A stretch of 63,994 nt of DNA, counting the filler, from Sphacelaria rigidula (lineage: Eukaryota), in NCBI GenBank assembly GCA_964200075.2. It is 4 parts of 4 records of this genome, joined end to end, with 100 filler letters (N's around TTAATTAATTAA, not from the genome) between each part and the next. Parts side by side here need not be neighbours in the genome. Positions count along the whole stretch, not along the records: positions 32,189 to 48,178 come from CAXNAA020001530.1; positions 48,279 to 63,994 come from CAXNAA020001626.1; 2 more parts are not named here. One strand, 5' to 3'. Made by a program: the position numbers and the translations under genes. Each line of letters starts with the position of its first letter. The stretch's first letter is position 1. This document shows, piece by piece, positions 35,801-48,960 of the stretch. The notes beneath the pieces are model-generated. The model searched no databases, was not told where the DNA came from, and saw nothing but the letters and a program-made list of their open reading frames with translations.

Positions 35801-38652
35801 CGGATGATCCACGGCGTGAGGAGCGCAGATGCAAAACGCTGGCGCGGGGGGATCCAGTGGAAGCGAGGTACCGTGGAAAAGGCACGAAGTTTTTCAAAGG
35901 AAACATCACTCGTGTGAACTCCGATGGTACGATCGATATCACGTACGATGATGGAGATAAAGACGTCGGTCTGGACGAACAACATGTGAAGTCTCTCGAG
36001 TCCAACCATGGCAGACATCATGGAGAAGACGTGACCCACTTCATCGATGGAGACAAGGTGGAGGCTGACTTCCGGGGACGAGGAAGGTACTACAGAGGCC
36101 GCATAAGTAGGGGAAACCTTGATGGAACTTTCAATATCGACTATGACGATGGCGAGAAGGAGCGCGGAGTACCTGTTAAAAACATTCGCTCCCTCAACAC
36201 ATCAGCTAGTCCCAGGAGTAGCGGTGGTGGGGCAAGTGCTATCTTGAAGGGGGACAGAGTAGAGGCAAGATACCGCGGACGAGGAAGCAAGTTCTACAAG
36301 GGTAAGATCATTCGTGTGAACTCAGATGCTACGTTTGACATCGACTATGATGATGGTGAAAAGGAGCTGTGCATAGATGCAGAGCACGTGAGGTCACTAG
36401 AATCTGCACGTCCAAAACGAGGAGGGCGTACGAGTGGACGCATGCCGCAAGAGGGAGACAAGGTAGAGGCTAATTATCGTTGTCGCGGCCGGTATTACAA
36501 GGGCCGGATCGATCGCGTGAACAAGGACGATACTTTCGACATCACGTACGATGATGGTGAGAGGGAGCACGGTGTGGTCGCTGAAATGATTCGTCTGTCT
36601 GTTGTAGACCGAGGTGGCACGGTGTCTGACCTTCGCCACAACTGCGGGAACGACGGCAGACTGAAGAGAGGCGATGTCGTTGAGGCGAGGTATAGAGGGC
36701 GAGGTGCCAGGTTCTACAAAGGTGTGATAGCTCGGGTGAACTCCGACGAGACGTTCGACGTTGACTATGATGACGGCGAGAAAGACCTGGGCCTTGCCGA
36801 AGAGCACGTGCGATCTCTGACAAGCAATGGCAAAGAAGGCGGGGGGAATCGGCGCAAGGCAGAAAAAATTAGTGAGGGGGATCAAATCGAGAGCAACTAT
36901 CAAGGACGAGGTCGCTACCATAAGGGACGGGTTCGTCGCATTCACCGAGACGGTACCTTCGACATTGACTACGATGACGGGGAGAAAGAACGGAATATCG
37001 ATGCGAAAATGGTGCGCGCCTTGAGCACAAATCCTGCTGTGTTCGATGGGCGTTCGATTGTCGACAAGGTGGACCGTGGCAGGGACAAAAAGTATCCGCT
37101 CAGGAGGGGAGACAGCGTAGAAGCGAGGTACAGGGGACGAGGGACGAAGTTCTACAAGGGTAAGATCTCCCGCGTAAACTCGGACGCAACGTTTGATATC
37201 AACTACGATGACGGAGAGAAAGATTTCGAGCTAGCGGAGGAACACGTGCGACCTCTCGAGTTGCACGCGCAGGAGGAAATACGCGAAAAGAGACCAGCTG
37301 CACTCCGGGAGGGAGACAAGATCGAATGTAATTATCGTGGAAAGGGTCGTTACTACCAGGGGCGGATCAACAGATCAAATCTTGATGGTACTTTCAACAT
37401 CGACTACGACGACGGAGAGAAGGAGCGTGGAGTCCCTGAAGAAATGATAATTTCCCTCAGTGCGGGTGAACGAGGAGGTGGAGGACTATCCCCATCGAGC
37501 AAGCTACGTGCCGCCGCCAGCAGAGTGGCAGATCATGTTGGTGGTGGGCGTGGTGGCGGGAAGCTGAAGAAAGGGGACGCAGTGGAGGCTAGGTACCGAG
37601 CGAGAGGAACCAAGTTCTACAGGGGCAGAATTGTTCGTGTAAATTCGGATGCAACGTTTGATATCGACTATGACGACGGCGACAAGGAGCGTGGCATTGC
37701 CGAAGAGCACGTGCGTTCCCTCGAAAGTAGCGAAGTCGCTTTCGATGAGCGAAATAGTGGTAGAGCTCGTCCTGCTGCCAGTTTCCACAGGGGAGACAAA
37801 GTAGAAGCACGGTATCGGGGCAAAGGAAGCAAGTTTTTCGCGGGGAAAATAGCACGTGTCAACTCCGATGCCACTTTTGATATCGCGTACGATGATGGAG
37901 ACAAAGATACTGGTCTTGTCGCAGAGCACATTCGGTCTTCGGAACCCGCGAGCCCAAGAAGTGGGAGGAAAGTATCGAACGCGGGGTCGGAGTTGCAGCT
38001 AGAGGTGGGAGACAGGGTAGAAGGTAACTACCGAGGACGAGGTCGGTACTACAAAGGCCGCATCAACAGCGTACATTCTGACGGCACTTTCGATATTGAC
38101 TACGACGACGGCGAGAAGGAGCGGGGCTTATCCAGGAGAATGATACGCACCAGCGACAATACGGGTGATCGTGTGTCAGATGTGGCACGAAGTAGAGATC
38201 GGAATCAGCGGTCGGGAAACGTTAGCCCCCGTAGCAGGGACAGAGACCACGCACTACGCACCAGCAATCCGTTGCAGAGAGGTGATGAAGTCGAAGCCAG
38301 GTATCGGGGTCGCGGCACGAAATTCTATAAGGGTCGAATTGTCAGAGTCAACTCCGATGGCACGTTTGACATCGCCTATGACGATGGCGAGAAGGAGATC
38401 AGTATTGCTAGGGAACACGTGAGGATCCTCGGATCGCCATCGACAACGACCAATGATAGACGAGACAGCACCCCGGCGGCGGTGCTGGCGGAAGGTGATA
38501 GAATAGAGGGCAACTATCGAGGAAAAGGACGGTACTATAAGGGTCATATTAGTCGGTGCAACCTGGACGGAACATTCAACATTGACTATGACGACGGAGA
38601 AAAGGAACGAGGGGTCGCTTGTGATATGATCCGCCTTTTCAATGGTAGGTAG
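32802..38652 (+). CDS. Giant exon encoding 26 tandem Tudor-like (53BP1/PHF20/LBR-type) domains after an R/D/G/S-rich region; gene partial
   Basis: The 1891-aa ORF stays open upstream to a pyrimidine tract and AG at 32800-32801. Repeat consensus GDRVEARYRGKGTKFYKGKISRVNSDGTFDIxYDDGEKELGLAEEHVxSL; 26 copies counted. Ends at TAG 38650-38652 or at a GT donor (38645 or 38649). Confidence 0.9.
33814..35460 (+). repeat. Coding tandem array with 207-bp (69-aa) period inside the poly-Tudor exon
   Basis: The EARY codons start at 33814, 34021, 34228, 34435, 34642, 34849, 35056 and 35263 (exact 207-bp steps), then at 198-bp steps (35461, 35659). Confidence 0.95.
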
Positions 38653-41600
38653 TATGCTGCGGCGGCGTGTTTTCCTGAGAGACGCCCACAGAGCAGTGGC
38701 GGGTGCCGGAGCGTGGGTGTACGCACGGCGGAAAACATGTTCCGTGATACACGCTAGGGTAGATGAGCCCAGTACACGAGAACGTGGGACAAGCTGCGTA
38801 CGAGGGGGGAAGAAGATTCGTGACGTCGCACATGAAAGCGATGGCACAAGTCCGTAGATAAAGTAATACTTGCCGCATTAAACTGGTCACCACTTCACCA
38901 TCTTGTTGTTGCTGCTGTCGGTGGGTTTCGGTGTGTGTGTGTACATAGCCGTGAATGTATAGAGGATACACCCGAAGGTTTGTGGCTGTTCGTGATTAAG
39001 ACCCAAGATACATGGCTTCGACGGAGTGTTTAGAGTAAAGTGGTCTGTCGGATTTGTGCCAAGAAGACGAAAATAAAACGTTCGCTGGGGCTTCAACCGG
39101 TTCCGCAGGTTCACAGGACCTTGGCTAACATGTACGGGTGCGAGACCATGTTTTCTCACACTCGATTGATGTTGATTGCTCAACATGGCACATAAGGTGC
39201 CACCCTACTCGGAATTTTGAGCACAAGTATCACGACCATTCGGCGCAGAGCACAAATGGAACGTGCTGAACTCGAAAAATAAGCGACGGAGGGTACCACA
39301 ACTCAGCGTATTAGGCCCGAATCTCGGTATACAGGGCTTCAAGGTCCTGCTCAAGAGCTTGTCTTCTAATGGCTAGCGCCCGCTCAACTAGCGTAATTAC
39401 CTCACCCAGTTGCCCCTGGTACAGAATAAACAGCATATTATGGCGTGGTGGTCGACTAGAAACATTGAGAACATGGCCACATGAACCCTGGTGAAAACAG
39501 CGGCGGTAAAGGAGCGGTGAGTCCTCTCGTTTGTCTCTGCATAACGTCCATTTAGCAAGTGCTCAATAACTTTCCTCGCCTCTGCGTACAAAACATCTCC
39601 ACAGCAGGATGCCCCAAACTTATGGCATTCTCAAAAATGATGAGCGCTCGCTCGCACAGCGGAAACGTGTCGCCGTATCTGCCCTGCACAATAAAAACAG
39701 CACACCACACCACAATAGTGCTCGCCTGGTCAGGGTTAACCTACGGTTCTGTCATGCAGTCTGTTAATCCTCATGTTCACCTATCAACGGGAGCGGGTGC
39801 CCGAATCTCGCGTTTTCCCTCAAAACTGCAGTCCGGAGAAAACGAGAGGGAAGTTCGCGCGACCCACATCAGTCTCAAATCTTTGAGGTGCGCCAAACCA
39901 CAAATGAACCTCGAATACGTGGGAGTCTTTCTCGACTGTCGCCGGCAAACAGCGTCAGCGTGTTTTCAAGAACGTTCACACAGACAAGAGTGTCTGGCGA
40001 TGATTTTTTCCACTAGTTTCGATCCAATGAAAGGTCAGATTGGAAAACCTCGAACATTTGACGTTCTACGCAAACTCTACAGGAACATGCCGAGACAATA
40101 CTGACTCAAAATCTGCTGTCTCAACAACGAAAAGCCACACTAGGTCATCAGTTTTCCTCCCGGTCTGAGGGTGGTGGCCCGCTATGCTCAATACTGCTTT
40201 TCGCGACGTGTTAGCAAGCATCTAAGAATATAATCTCAAATTGATGGAGTCGAGCTGCACCTTTATTAGCAACGCCCTTCCGATAAATGCTGCTACTTAC
40301 CTCGATTTTCGGATCGTGCGGGTTCACTGCTGTCTCCCATATCGCGACTGCACCAATTTAACAGAGGCTCGACTCCTTCGTATTGGACCCATGAATGCAG
40401 TGCGATAAAGTGGTGTTCTCGTGGTCAGAAGAGGGAGGATAACGCTACGCTACAAGTCGTTTACACCAAGAAACACAATAGTCCTCCTCAATAGATTTTA
40501 GCAACAACTGTAGGGAAGATTCGGCGTCCAATGTCTTCACCTGATACGGAGATCAAGACGAACACAGCGCCGTGGTCCAAACCGGGCTGCGGCGTACTAA
40601 CCCATGTCATAACGACGCGTCATGTGCTTGAGCCAAAATGCAGCCGATTCGCTTTGATTGCACAAAGTGGTGGGTTATTTTCGAAGTTGTTAGAAACATG
40701 CACCTTGCAAGCACAACTAAATACTCGTCACATCTGCCCTAAATATATGCGAATATGACTTTTGGTTTGGTTGTCAAATCCACTCCATGTCCTCATCAAT
40801 TATACCCTCGAGGTTTCCGAACTATAAAATATACACAAAATTCTGTCGACATCAAGTTTTGCTTCACTCTTCTCCTGTCTCTGCCTCGGGCCAGCGCTCG
40901 GACCTCGATCTAAAGCGTGATTACTCTCGTGTCCACCTTTATATTCCAAATGTGTCAACTATTATTGCTGTATTTTGTTCTTTACCTCTGGCTAGAAGAG
41001 ATTCGAGATGAACGCGTTTCCCTGCGGTTACACTTTGTTTTTTTCTCGGTTCACATGAATGACATTGACGGGCTTTGTTTTGTCACACTTTTGATTTCTT
41101 CCCTTCCTCGAGACGAGGCTGTGGTCTTAAGGGATCAACCTACCTCTCCCCCGGACCATCGTACGAAAACACCTGTACCTTTCCCTCGGATTACTTCGAA
41201 CAACGTGGCGTCCTTCCGGGTTTTGACCTATCCCAACATCCCGAAAAACTTCACACCGTAGGAGTTTTGAGTACATCTGTTCGAGTGTTTGTGAAAACAT
41301 AAACGCACGTCAGTCCTCGATCTCTCGTTCTACAGCTATCAGTAACCTAGCTCATTGTTCCGGGCCGGAATGTACTGATGCAAATGACATTGAAAATTGT
41401 ACTGGTATGTACCAGTGCATATCTCAAATGTTGGAAATTACGCGAGACCTCAAAGTGTGTAAGGTGATTCCTCTATCTCATAATTCAAGGCAGTTAACAT
41501 TGTACGAACCCTTGACCGTGTCCGATTATTTTCCCTTTTTTTCAGTGGATTATTTTGGCGTTTGGATTGTTGAAACCAACAACAGTTGTCAGCGGATACC

Positions 41601-44600
41601 GCTTACCCCGCGCGGCGGAACGGCCGAAAAACATCAGCAGGCCCGGTAGTGGCGATATTTCGCGTCCCCTGTTTCGTGAGCAAAAAGAAATGAAAACGCG
41701 GAGACGACGGCAAAAAACAACGCGATAAACTCTTCGTCTTAGCTTACTTCTCGCGCAGAGGCCAGCTACGCCTCGTCCGGAGCCACTTCGTCGCGCCACC
41801 ACTCATGCCCAGCACAACAACGGCAAAATTCGGTCGAGTTTGGCAAATCCCGGACATAAAGAGGCCAAAGTTGGGTAAATTTTGACCCGAATTTTGAACC
41901 GACAACAAGCGGCGGGGTTTTTTTATTCTCATCGACTTTCCCTACGTTTCATCTTTCCGATGATGACAATGTCAGGGTCGTACACACACGCTGTTGGGGT
42001 GAACGCTCGTTCTAAACCCAAAGACCCTAACTCATGCGACAGAGGATGTATACAGCAAATATGCTTTCCGATATCAGTTCGGAGCAGTACTTTAGGGTTA
42101 GGGGCGATGAGCGCGCTGATAGATACCAGAAATCGACTATTGACAGATGATCACTTGTCAGTCGCTGAGCACTCTGTGAAGCAAACATATTCCGATTCAA
42201 ATCATTTTTCGGTTGACCATATTTGCCGCGGGTCAGAGTTTTATTCTTGACCTAAAAGTTTGCATGTGTGCGAAGTTTTGATACTAAAACAACTTATGTT
42301 GGTATGAATTTCCGCCTTTAATTCCGAGTTACTCGACAATACTCCTCTGATCATCCTCGAGGTTATTCATCTGTTTGTATCGACATCATTCCATTCGAGA
42401 AAAAATCCTCAGACTCAGGTGTGAGTCGTTTAACGGTCAAGGGGGAGGAAATGTACAGTATTGTCCCCCCCAGTCAAGTCTATTTGTATATCGCCTACGT
42501 TTAAGGTTATGGACGTTCTAGAGGAGAAGCTATCATGAGGAGGAGCGCCTTATTCCTCACCTTATAGAATGAAGGGCGTAATTTGACCCGCCTCTATCGT
42601 TGAACGACTCGTATCCATCTGTAGGGGCTCAAAGGCGAACGGAATATCACTGGCAACCAGAATATTAACTCGAGATTGCAGAAGCGAGTGCATACACAGC
42701 CGAAGGCATTCACTTGTGATATTACACCTTGAAACGCGAATACTAAATTGGCAAAGAGTTTGAGTAAAATATTATCGTTGTTTCCGTGGTGAAACCAGCC
42801 TGTAGTGTACACAAACACGGTTAAGTACAAGCCTTCCCACCCGGCATTCTTTGCGTCTTCACTCCGAAGAAGCGATGGTACATACTGCTCAAACGCCACG
42901 AACAGCTCGGTCGTGGATACTGCACCCAGACAAGATGTTGCACCACAGGATCACGATGGTTTGCAACAAACACCCCTCAACGGAAACTGGGCGCAGATCA
43001 GCCGAACTTCGGATCGCACCTCCCATTTCGTGCGGCTGTACAACGTGACTAAGCTCTGTTCATGGGTATGCTCGAGAACGCTCGCGGTGCATGTGTGGAT
43101 GTTTTTCTACGTACGAGACACTGTTTATTCCGAAGTTTGTTCCGGACGACATGTAATGTACAACACTATGTGAAATACTAGCCAATCAGATTCAGATTGC
43201 TGCTTCGACTCTCGAGACGTTGGTCGTAGGTCTGTGTGCAGCGTAACTTTGGAGATATCCAACGTTCGAACGCGCGCAAAGACCCAGCCTAGCCGAGCTT
43301 GCCCTGATACAAGTACAAACCCCGAAGGGAAAATGTGCCAAAAACGTTGTGGAAAGCAGGGCATAGTTCGCACTTGGTTCGTACGTTGAGCGGCACGGCC
43401 GTAGTGTGTAGCCAACCCCTGGTTGGTGCCTCGGAGGCGATTTCGTTTACGTCTTGTCCCCACGGTGCGTAGTCGTACTAGCAGCTACATACATATGTAG
43501 GTACAGCTGGACAGCTTGGACGCCACAGTGTCTGCAAAGGTCACAACAGACGAGTGCTTGGACGGAGTACGTCCTCACCACTCGATAAATGGAAGCTTCT
43601 AAAAGCAATCAAAGTAGGTGGCTGATACGGTGCGAACATCGATTTCAGTTTTGATTTCATCAGATGCTAACCAGCCTGAGAAAATCGTGGAATATTCCAA
43701 GAATTGAGCTGAAATTCACCCAAACAAGATGCAAGCTACGTACGTTACATGCGTGTAAAAATCTGGGTACACTACGCTGAGCGAGACTGAATGGCGGGCA
43801 GGGAAGGAGTAAATTCTGCCTCTCCGTACGTAACACGTTTGGAATCACTAGTGCAACGATTAGCAGGAATCCTGTGCATCAACGCAGTACACAAAACATA
43901 TACAAACAGTATACAATGAAATATAATTTGTGCATGACTCAAGTGACACGAGACGCTCTGCAGGGGATGGATGCACAGGGTATGATGAATTCAGCATACG
44001 AGCGTTTGTGCTCTCACGTCGAACTGCAACATCACTCCTGAGGTACCCGGATGTTGGGCTACGTGCGAGTGGAGGGGACCAAAGAGTATGTTCACCAATC
44101 TCCAGTTCACGTCTGCACGGAGGTTTCTGCTTCCTCTAGCTTGTCCTGTGTGGGGCGATCAGACGTAGGGCACATCCCAGAATCTGTGGCAATCCACCGC
44201 TTTTCTGTGCGCCGTACAAGCAACGCGCCAAGCTGTTGAAAAATGTGAACCTTTGGTGGCTACTGTCTCTCACATGTATGTACCCCACACATTGCTGATA
44301 CAGCCTGGGTGGGATTGGAGACAGGACTGCGGCGCTGTTTTTGCCACTCACAGGCAGCGGACGAGAACAACAGTTGCTCGAAGCTGAAAGCTCACCCCCT
44401 TTTTGTCAACATGCGACCATTGATTGTACGATAAAATCTGCTCCATCATACTTCCAGATCGTTTTAGTTTGCAACCGAAGAACGACAAAATGAACACGTG
44501 GAGGTCGAGGGCTACGCCCAAGGGGAAGGAGCGATTGTTTTGGTAGGATAACTTAGTCATTATTGGCTCATTATGCTCGATCCCCTCCTGATCGCCTACC

Positions 44601-45525
44601 ATCGCCTATCTCGCAATGAAGCCGTATTTGACCAAAACTACAGCGACAATAATCCATTCAAGAGCAATAAACATAAAGCGGGTGTTTGCTGGAGACGCAG
44701 TCATCGCCACCTGCCTGCCCCCCTTTGTGTAGTTCAGATGGCTGGCTGCACAACGTCGTACTGTAGAAGACCATGCAGAGGATTAAAAGAAAACGGCGTG
44801 GACTGTGTGCAGTGAGGGCGAGGATACTGATTGCTTCGCGTTGTTACATTTAGCCAGCTGACGAAAAAAGTATGGGTGCACTACGCAGTAGCAGAATGGC
44901 ATAGTACGGTGTAGTCGTGACCGTGTCGCGTGCACTGCAGCATCGGAAGATCGTGCTCAAGGTGTACCAGTAATACCTCAGGGTACCGAGCGTTGAAAAA
45001 GGCAAAGAAATTGTTTCTCTGGATGAACTGCAGCAGTCGTAACATACAGCGTGCACTACCACGTGCCCGATTGATGAAAATGGTTTATGATGGCGAAAAT
45101 GTACACTCGAGTTGGTTGAGAACATACGGCAGAATAAAGTATAGCACGTCCGCATACTTGGGAATATAGGTGCCCAACAAACACAACACGTCTGTGTTCG
45201 AAGAGGAGTCACTCAGACCCTATTCAAATACTTGCCAAATGAGAGAAATCTCCCCACTCGTTGTCGGGCGTTCTGCCACTTTGGCACAACTTCCCAAACG
45301 TGGTCAGGTGTTATACTAGTCAGGGACAACTTTATTCCTAAACGTTTTCAGGTGTTTTCGGAGTCGATAACGATCGTCCGTGCCGTTATCAAATATATTC
45401 CAGGGTTGACGACACTTCGCCCAATGTTTCCACAGTTCAGGTCTTCTAGCAATCACGAACGACATTTCCGCGATGATGTGATGGGTCCGGGGCTGAGAAT
45501 CCGTTCTCTTTTCACCATTTGACCC

Positions 45526-45865
45526 GGTCACCCCGGGTGTTCAATTGGAAACCTCGAACCCTTCTGACGTTTGGGACGTCGTTTCGAGTCTAGGTGAAGT
45601 CACACGATATGGGTTTTCCCCCTCACATAATGCCCAACAATGGAGAGCGACAACGTCGTAGATACACAGAATCCTTCTCGCGATAAAACGAGAGGCGCTC
45701 GCCGCAGAAGGACGGTGGGAAACTAAATGAAATAAAAATTGAAACTCTGGTGCTGACCTTGATTCTGTATAACCTCGGCCACACATACCGAAATGTGTCG
45801 ACTGGCATCCAGAACACATAAGATGGCAACACACACACACGAGACACAAGACACAAACACACATA
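45526..45865 (+). mobile_element. tRNA-derived SINE, family 1
   Basis: GGTCACCCCGGGTGTTCAATTGG...GTTTCGAGTC head, shared body (GGAGAGCGAC, GGCATCCAGAA) and (CA)n tail. Confidence 0.75.
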
Positions 45866-46195
45866 CGAGTGTGGGAGTGGGATGGTGTTTGTTCGTCTTT
45901 TGCCGTTCGGTTTGCGTATGTGCGAACGGGGTAGCGGGCGAGAATACTTCCTCGACGCTAGCTTTCATACCCAAGCATCCCAGTCAGGCTTGTTCTGTAT
46001 TCCCTCCGGAGACAGACGGTAGTGTATACCACAGACTTCGAAAATAAACTTTTTCGCTGCAGGTATATGACCCATTTTGTCTTGAAGGCAGACCGGGGGA
46101 GAATTTCAATGCCCCGGTTTCCTATCCAAACGGTGTATTTCCGGCGCTTCATGTGAGGACATGTGCGAACGTCTGGCGAAGATCTGAATACAGGG

Positions 46196-46555
46196 GTTGT
46201 GTGTGTTGTCATCCCATCTATTCTGGACGCCAGTCACACCTTTCGGTATATGTGGCGAAGCAGCCGGGATCACACAGGAGGAAGGCCAACACAGGAGTTT
46301 ATTACTTTTTTCTTCGTTTTTGTACTCCACCTTCCTTCTGCGGCCTTATTTTTCATCACTAGAGGGGTTCAGCAGCCCATTTCCCTCGTCGACCGTGAAG
46401 TCGAATTTTGCGTACCCACAACATGGTCGCTCTCCACTGTTGAGAATTTTGTGAGAAAAAAAATCCCAGATCGTATGACTGCACCGAGATTCGAACTCAC
46501 GACCCAATCGACAGAAGAAGGATTCAAGTTTACCAACTGAGCCACCGGGGCGACC
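46196..46555 (-). mobile_element. tRNA-derived SINE, family 1
   Basis: Reverse strand GGTCGCCCCGGTGGCTCAGTTGG...GAGTTCGAATCTCGG; body aligns by eye with 7007-7366. Confidence 0.8.
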
Positions 46556-48178
46556 GGCTGCGCTTCAATATCTTCGATTTCCGGAGAAATTGGCTAGAGG
46601 TTCCCATCGTGTCGACGGAGCGTGCCGTCGACTGTAAAATGATGTCCCGTGAAGTACGACGGGACGAATGGCCCGGACGTCCAATAAGAACGGAGCGACA
46701 ACGGGAAAGACATAATTAGATGGGGAAGGAAGGGGTACGTTTCCCGGCGTCCTCAAGAACGACGGAATGGGACAGGGCGGGTACCACTCTCGCTGCCTAA
46801 AAGAAAAACAAAACCGGACGGGAAAAATGGGAACGGTCGGGGCGAGACGAGAGGGGACGGGATGGGAGTTGTCGTCTTATCTCGGGGGATTTTTCTTGAG
46901 GTTTTTTACTCGTGAAAATCGGGCACGCTGCAAGCCATATGCCGACCAAAATTGTGTACAAAACGACTTCTGAACTGAGTCGGTTTATTTTTGTTTTGGG
47001 GCAGATGTTCATGATTGACACAGGAACATGACCGTAAAAAGAACGGGAGCTTGACTGAGGTAGACACTACAGGTCATATTGCACACGAGATATTTGACGC
47101 TCCACGGGCCCCTGCACATGTAAAGATCTCTTTCTATATACACGCATTTGCCAGTACCCGCAAGCATAGACTCCCTTGACCCAACGATGATCCTCTCGTA
47201 GTTCTACAGAAGAGACTTTGGTTTCGCGGGAATCGGTTCAGCAGGAAATATGTAGCAGTCATGCGCGGTATTAAGAGATACAAAATTGTTGTATTTCGGG
47301 ACAGTTTGCATCTCTTTGAATGCAATGGCCACCGAAAAAAACGGTTTTCACTACGTCCTCGTTATATTTAGCCGGGAAACAATACGCCGTACTCAGCTGA
47401 CCGCGAAGAGCTCAGTTTTAGTGTGAGTGTTGTTGCATGACGGGCAGCAGTAGAGCTCGCGCAGTGTAGTTGTAATCGTGTGTGCATCTTGACCGTGTTT
47501 CCTTTTCGTACCCTTTTGGTTGCATTGTTCAACTGATGTTCAACTTCATCGACTTGGATACTGATCGTCGCACTTTGACTGCCCCGCCAGGATTTAGAGG
47601 CTCTATTTCGTGTCGGTGAGCCAGCAAAAGAACAAAAAAGCCCCAGACCCCCAACAAGTACTAGTATTGAGATATCCCAGTACGTTGACTACATCCCATC
47701 AATACACTCGAAACGATTTAGCTGGAAATTCTCTCGAAATAAATCGCGAGAGAGACGGTAAAGAAGGGCGGATGGAGGAGTAAAGAGTGGACGGGTAAAG
47801 CACTAGTAGTGCTGTTTTCGGAGTTCGTAGCGATATGACAAGAATAGAGTTTAAAATGAAATGCATGGAAGTTGGACTATACTGTTGGGCAAGAAGAGAA
47901 GTAGAAAGGGAGGGAGAACACTTCCGACTCACGTTAAAACAGAGCGCGAGCAAGGAGTGGGAAAGGAAAGAGAGAGGTGAGGTGTCGGCATGGGTTAGAA
48001 GAATAGAGTGGAGAGTATGCGTAGCTAATGGAACAACCAACGTAGGACGTAGTCCACGGGTAATCGGAGGGGGAGAAATGCATGAACAGGTAAGTGCCCG
48101 GCAGGGGAAGGGGGGTGTAGTCATGATCATGCATGCCATAGTCATTAGACCATTGACCTCGCATCCCTACAAAGCCGG

Positions 48179-48278
48179 NNNNNNNNNNNNNNNNNNNNNN
48201 NNNNNNNNNNNNNNNNNNNNNNTTAATTAATTAANNNNNNNNNNNNNNNNNNNNNNNNNNNNNNNNNNNNNNNNNNNN
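48179..48278. other. Artificial contig spacer (N44 + TTAATTAATTAA + N44)
   Basis: Same 100-nt spacer. Confidence 0.98.
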
Positions 48279-48419
48279 ATGTCTGCGCGGCATTTCTTTT
48301 TCCGCACTGGGCATCTGACGCGGACGCCTTTCGTGGTCACAGCACGCGATCTACCCAGAGCAAGGCGTAAGGCCACTTCGTATGTGTCGGAATAAAAGGC
48401 TTGTTGAAACTGCCTTCCT

Positions 48420-48960
48420 TCGTCTCTTTACGCCCGATCGAAAGGAGGGCTAGGCAAATGTGAAACCCTTGGATCGGCTTGCTCGCGTACTCGTTCAGAC
48501 CGTGCGAGGGTATCTTCGCGCTTCCCGGTGGCGCGCTTTTTTTGGGCTAAAGCTGCATTTTCAAAAACACATGGACAACGGTCAAGTTATCAACTGCCTT
48601 CCCAGTTTTGTGGTAGCTACACTGTTACTGAAAATGCAGGTTTGGCCAAAACAAAAAGTGTGTCCGGTGTGGAGCGCGAAGAAGATGCCCGACCGGTGCT
48701 GTTTCACGCCCGAAAAGAGGGCTAGGTGAATGGATGTTGATACCCCGGAATAACTTGCTCTAATCTCTGAAACCGTTTCAGGGCACCTGTGCGCTTCTCG
48801 GTGGCTGAACGTTTTTTGGACCAAACATGCACTTTCAATACCAAGCAAGTTATCAATAAACAGAGGGAAAACCTGGGAAAACTGTCATTTGTTGATTACG
48901 TGGCCATCTGTCATTGAAAATGCAGGTTTGACCGAAAAAATAAGTGCAGCCACTGGGCAG
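48420..48960. repeat. Diverged tandem duplication (~275-285-bp unit), likely transposon subterminal region
   Basis: GAGGGCTAGG...CTTGCTC...GCGCTTCxCGGTGGC at ~48445 and ~48717; TGAAAATGCAGGTTTG at ~48629 and ~48916. Confidence 0.6.

Noticed and set aside
38700-45200. Stop-riddled coding-like stretches (also 3600-4500, 23300-24700, 52980-53670) suggesting decayed transposons, including an H3-tail-like MAKTRSTARKRS on the minus strand near 53630
   Set aside because: No diagnostic transposase, RT or histone-fold motif is recognisable by eye. TBLASTX against Repbase would be needed.
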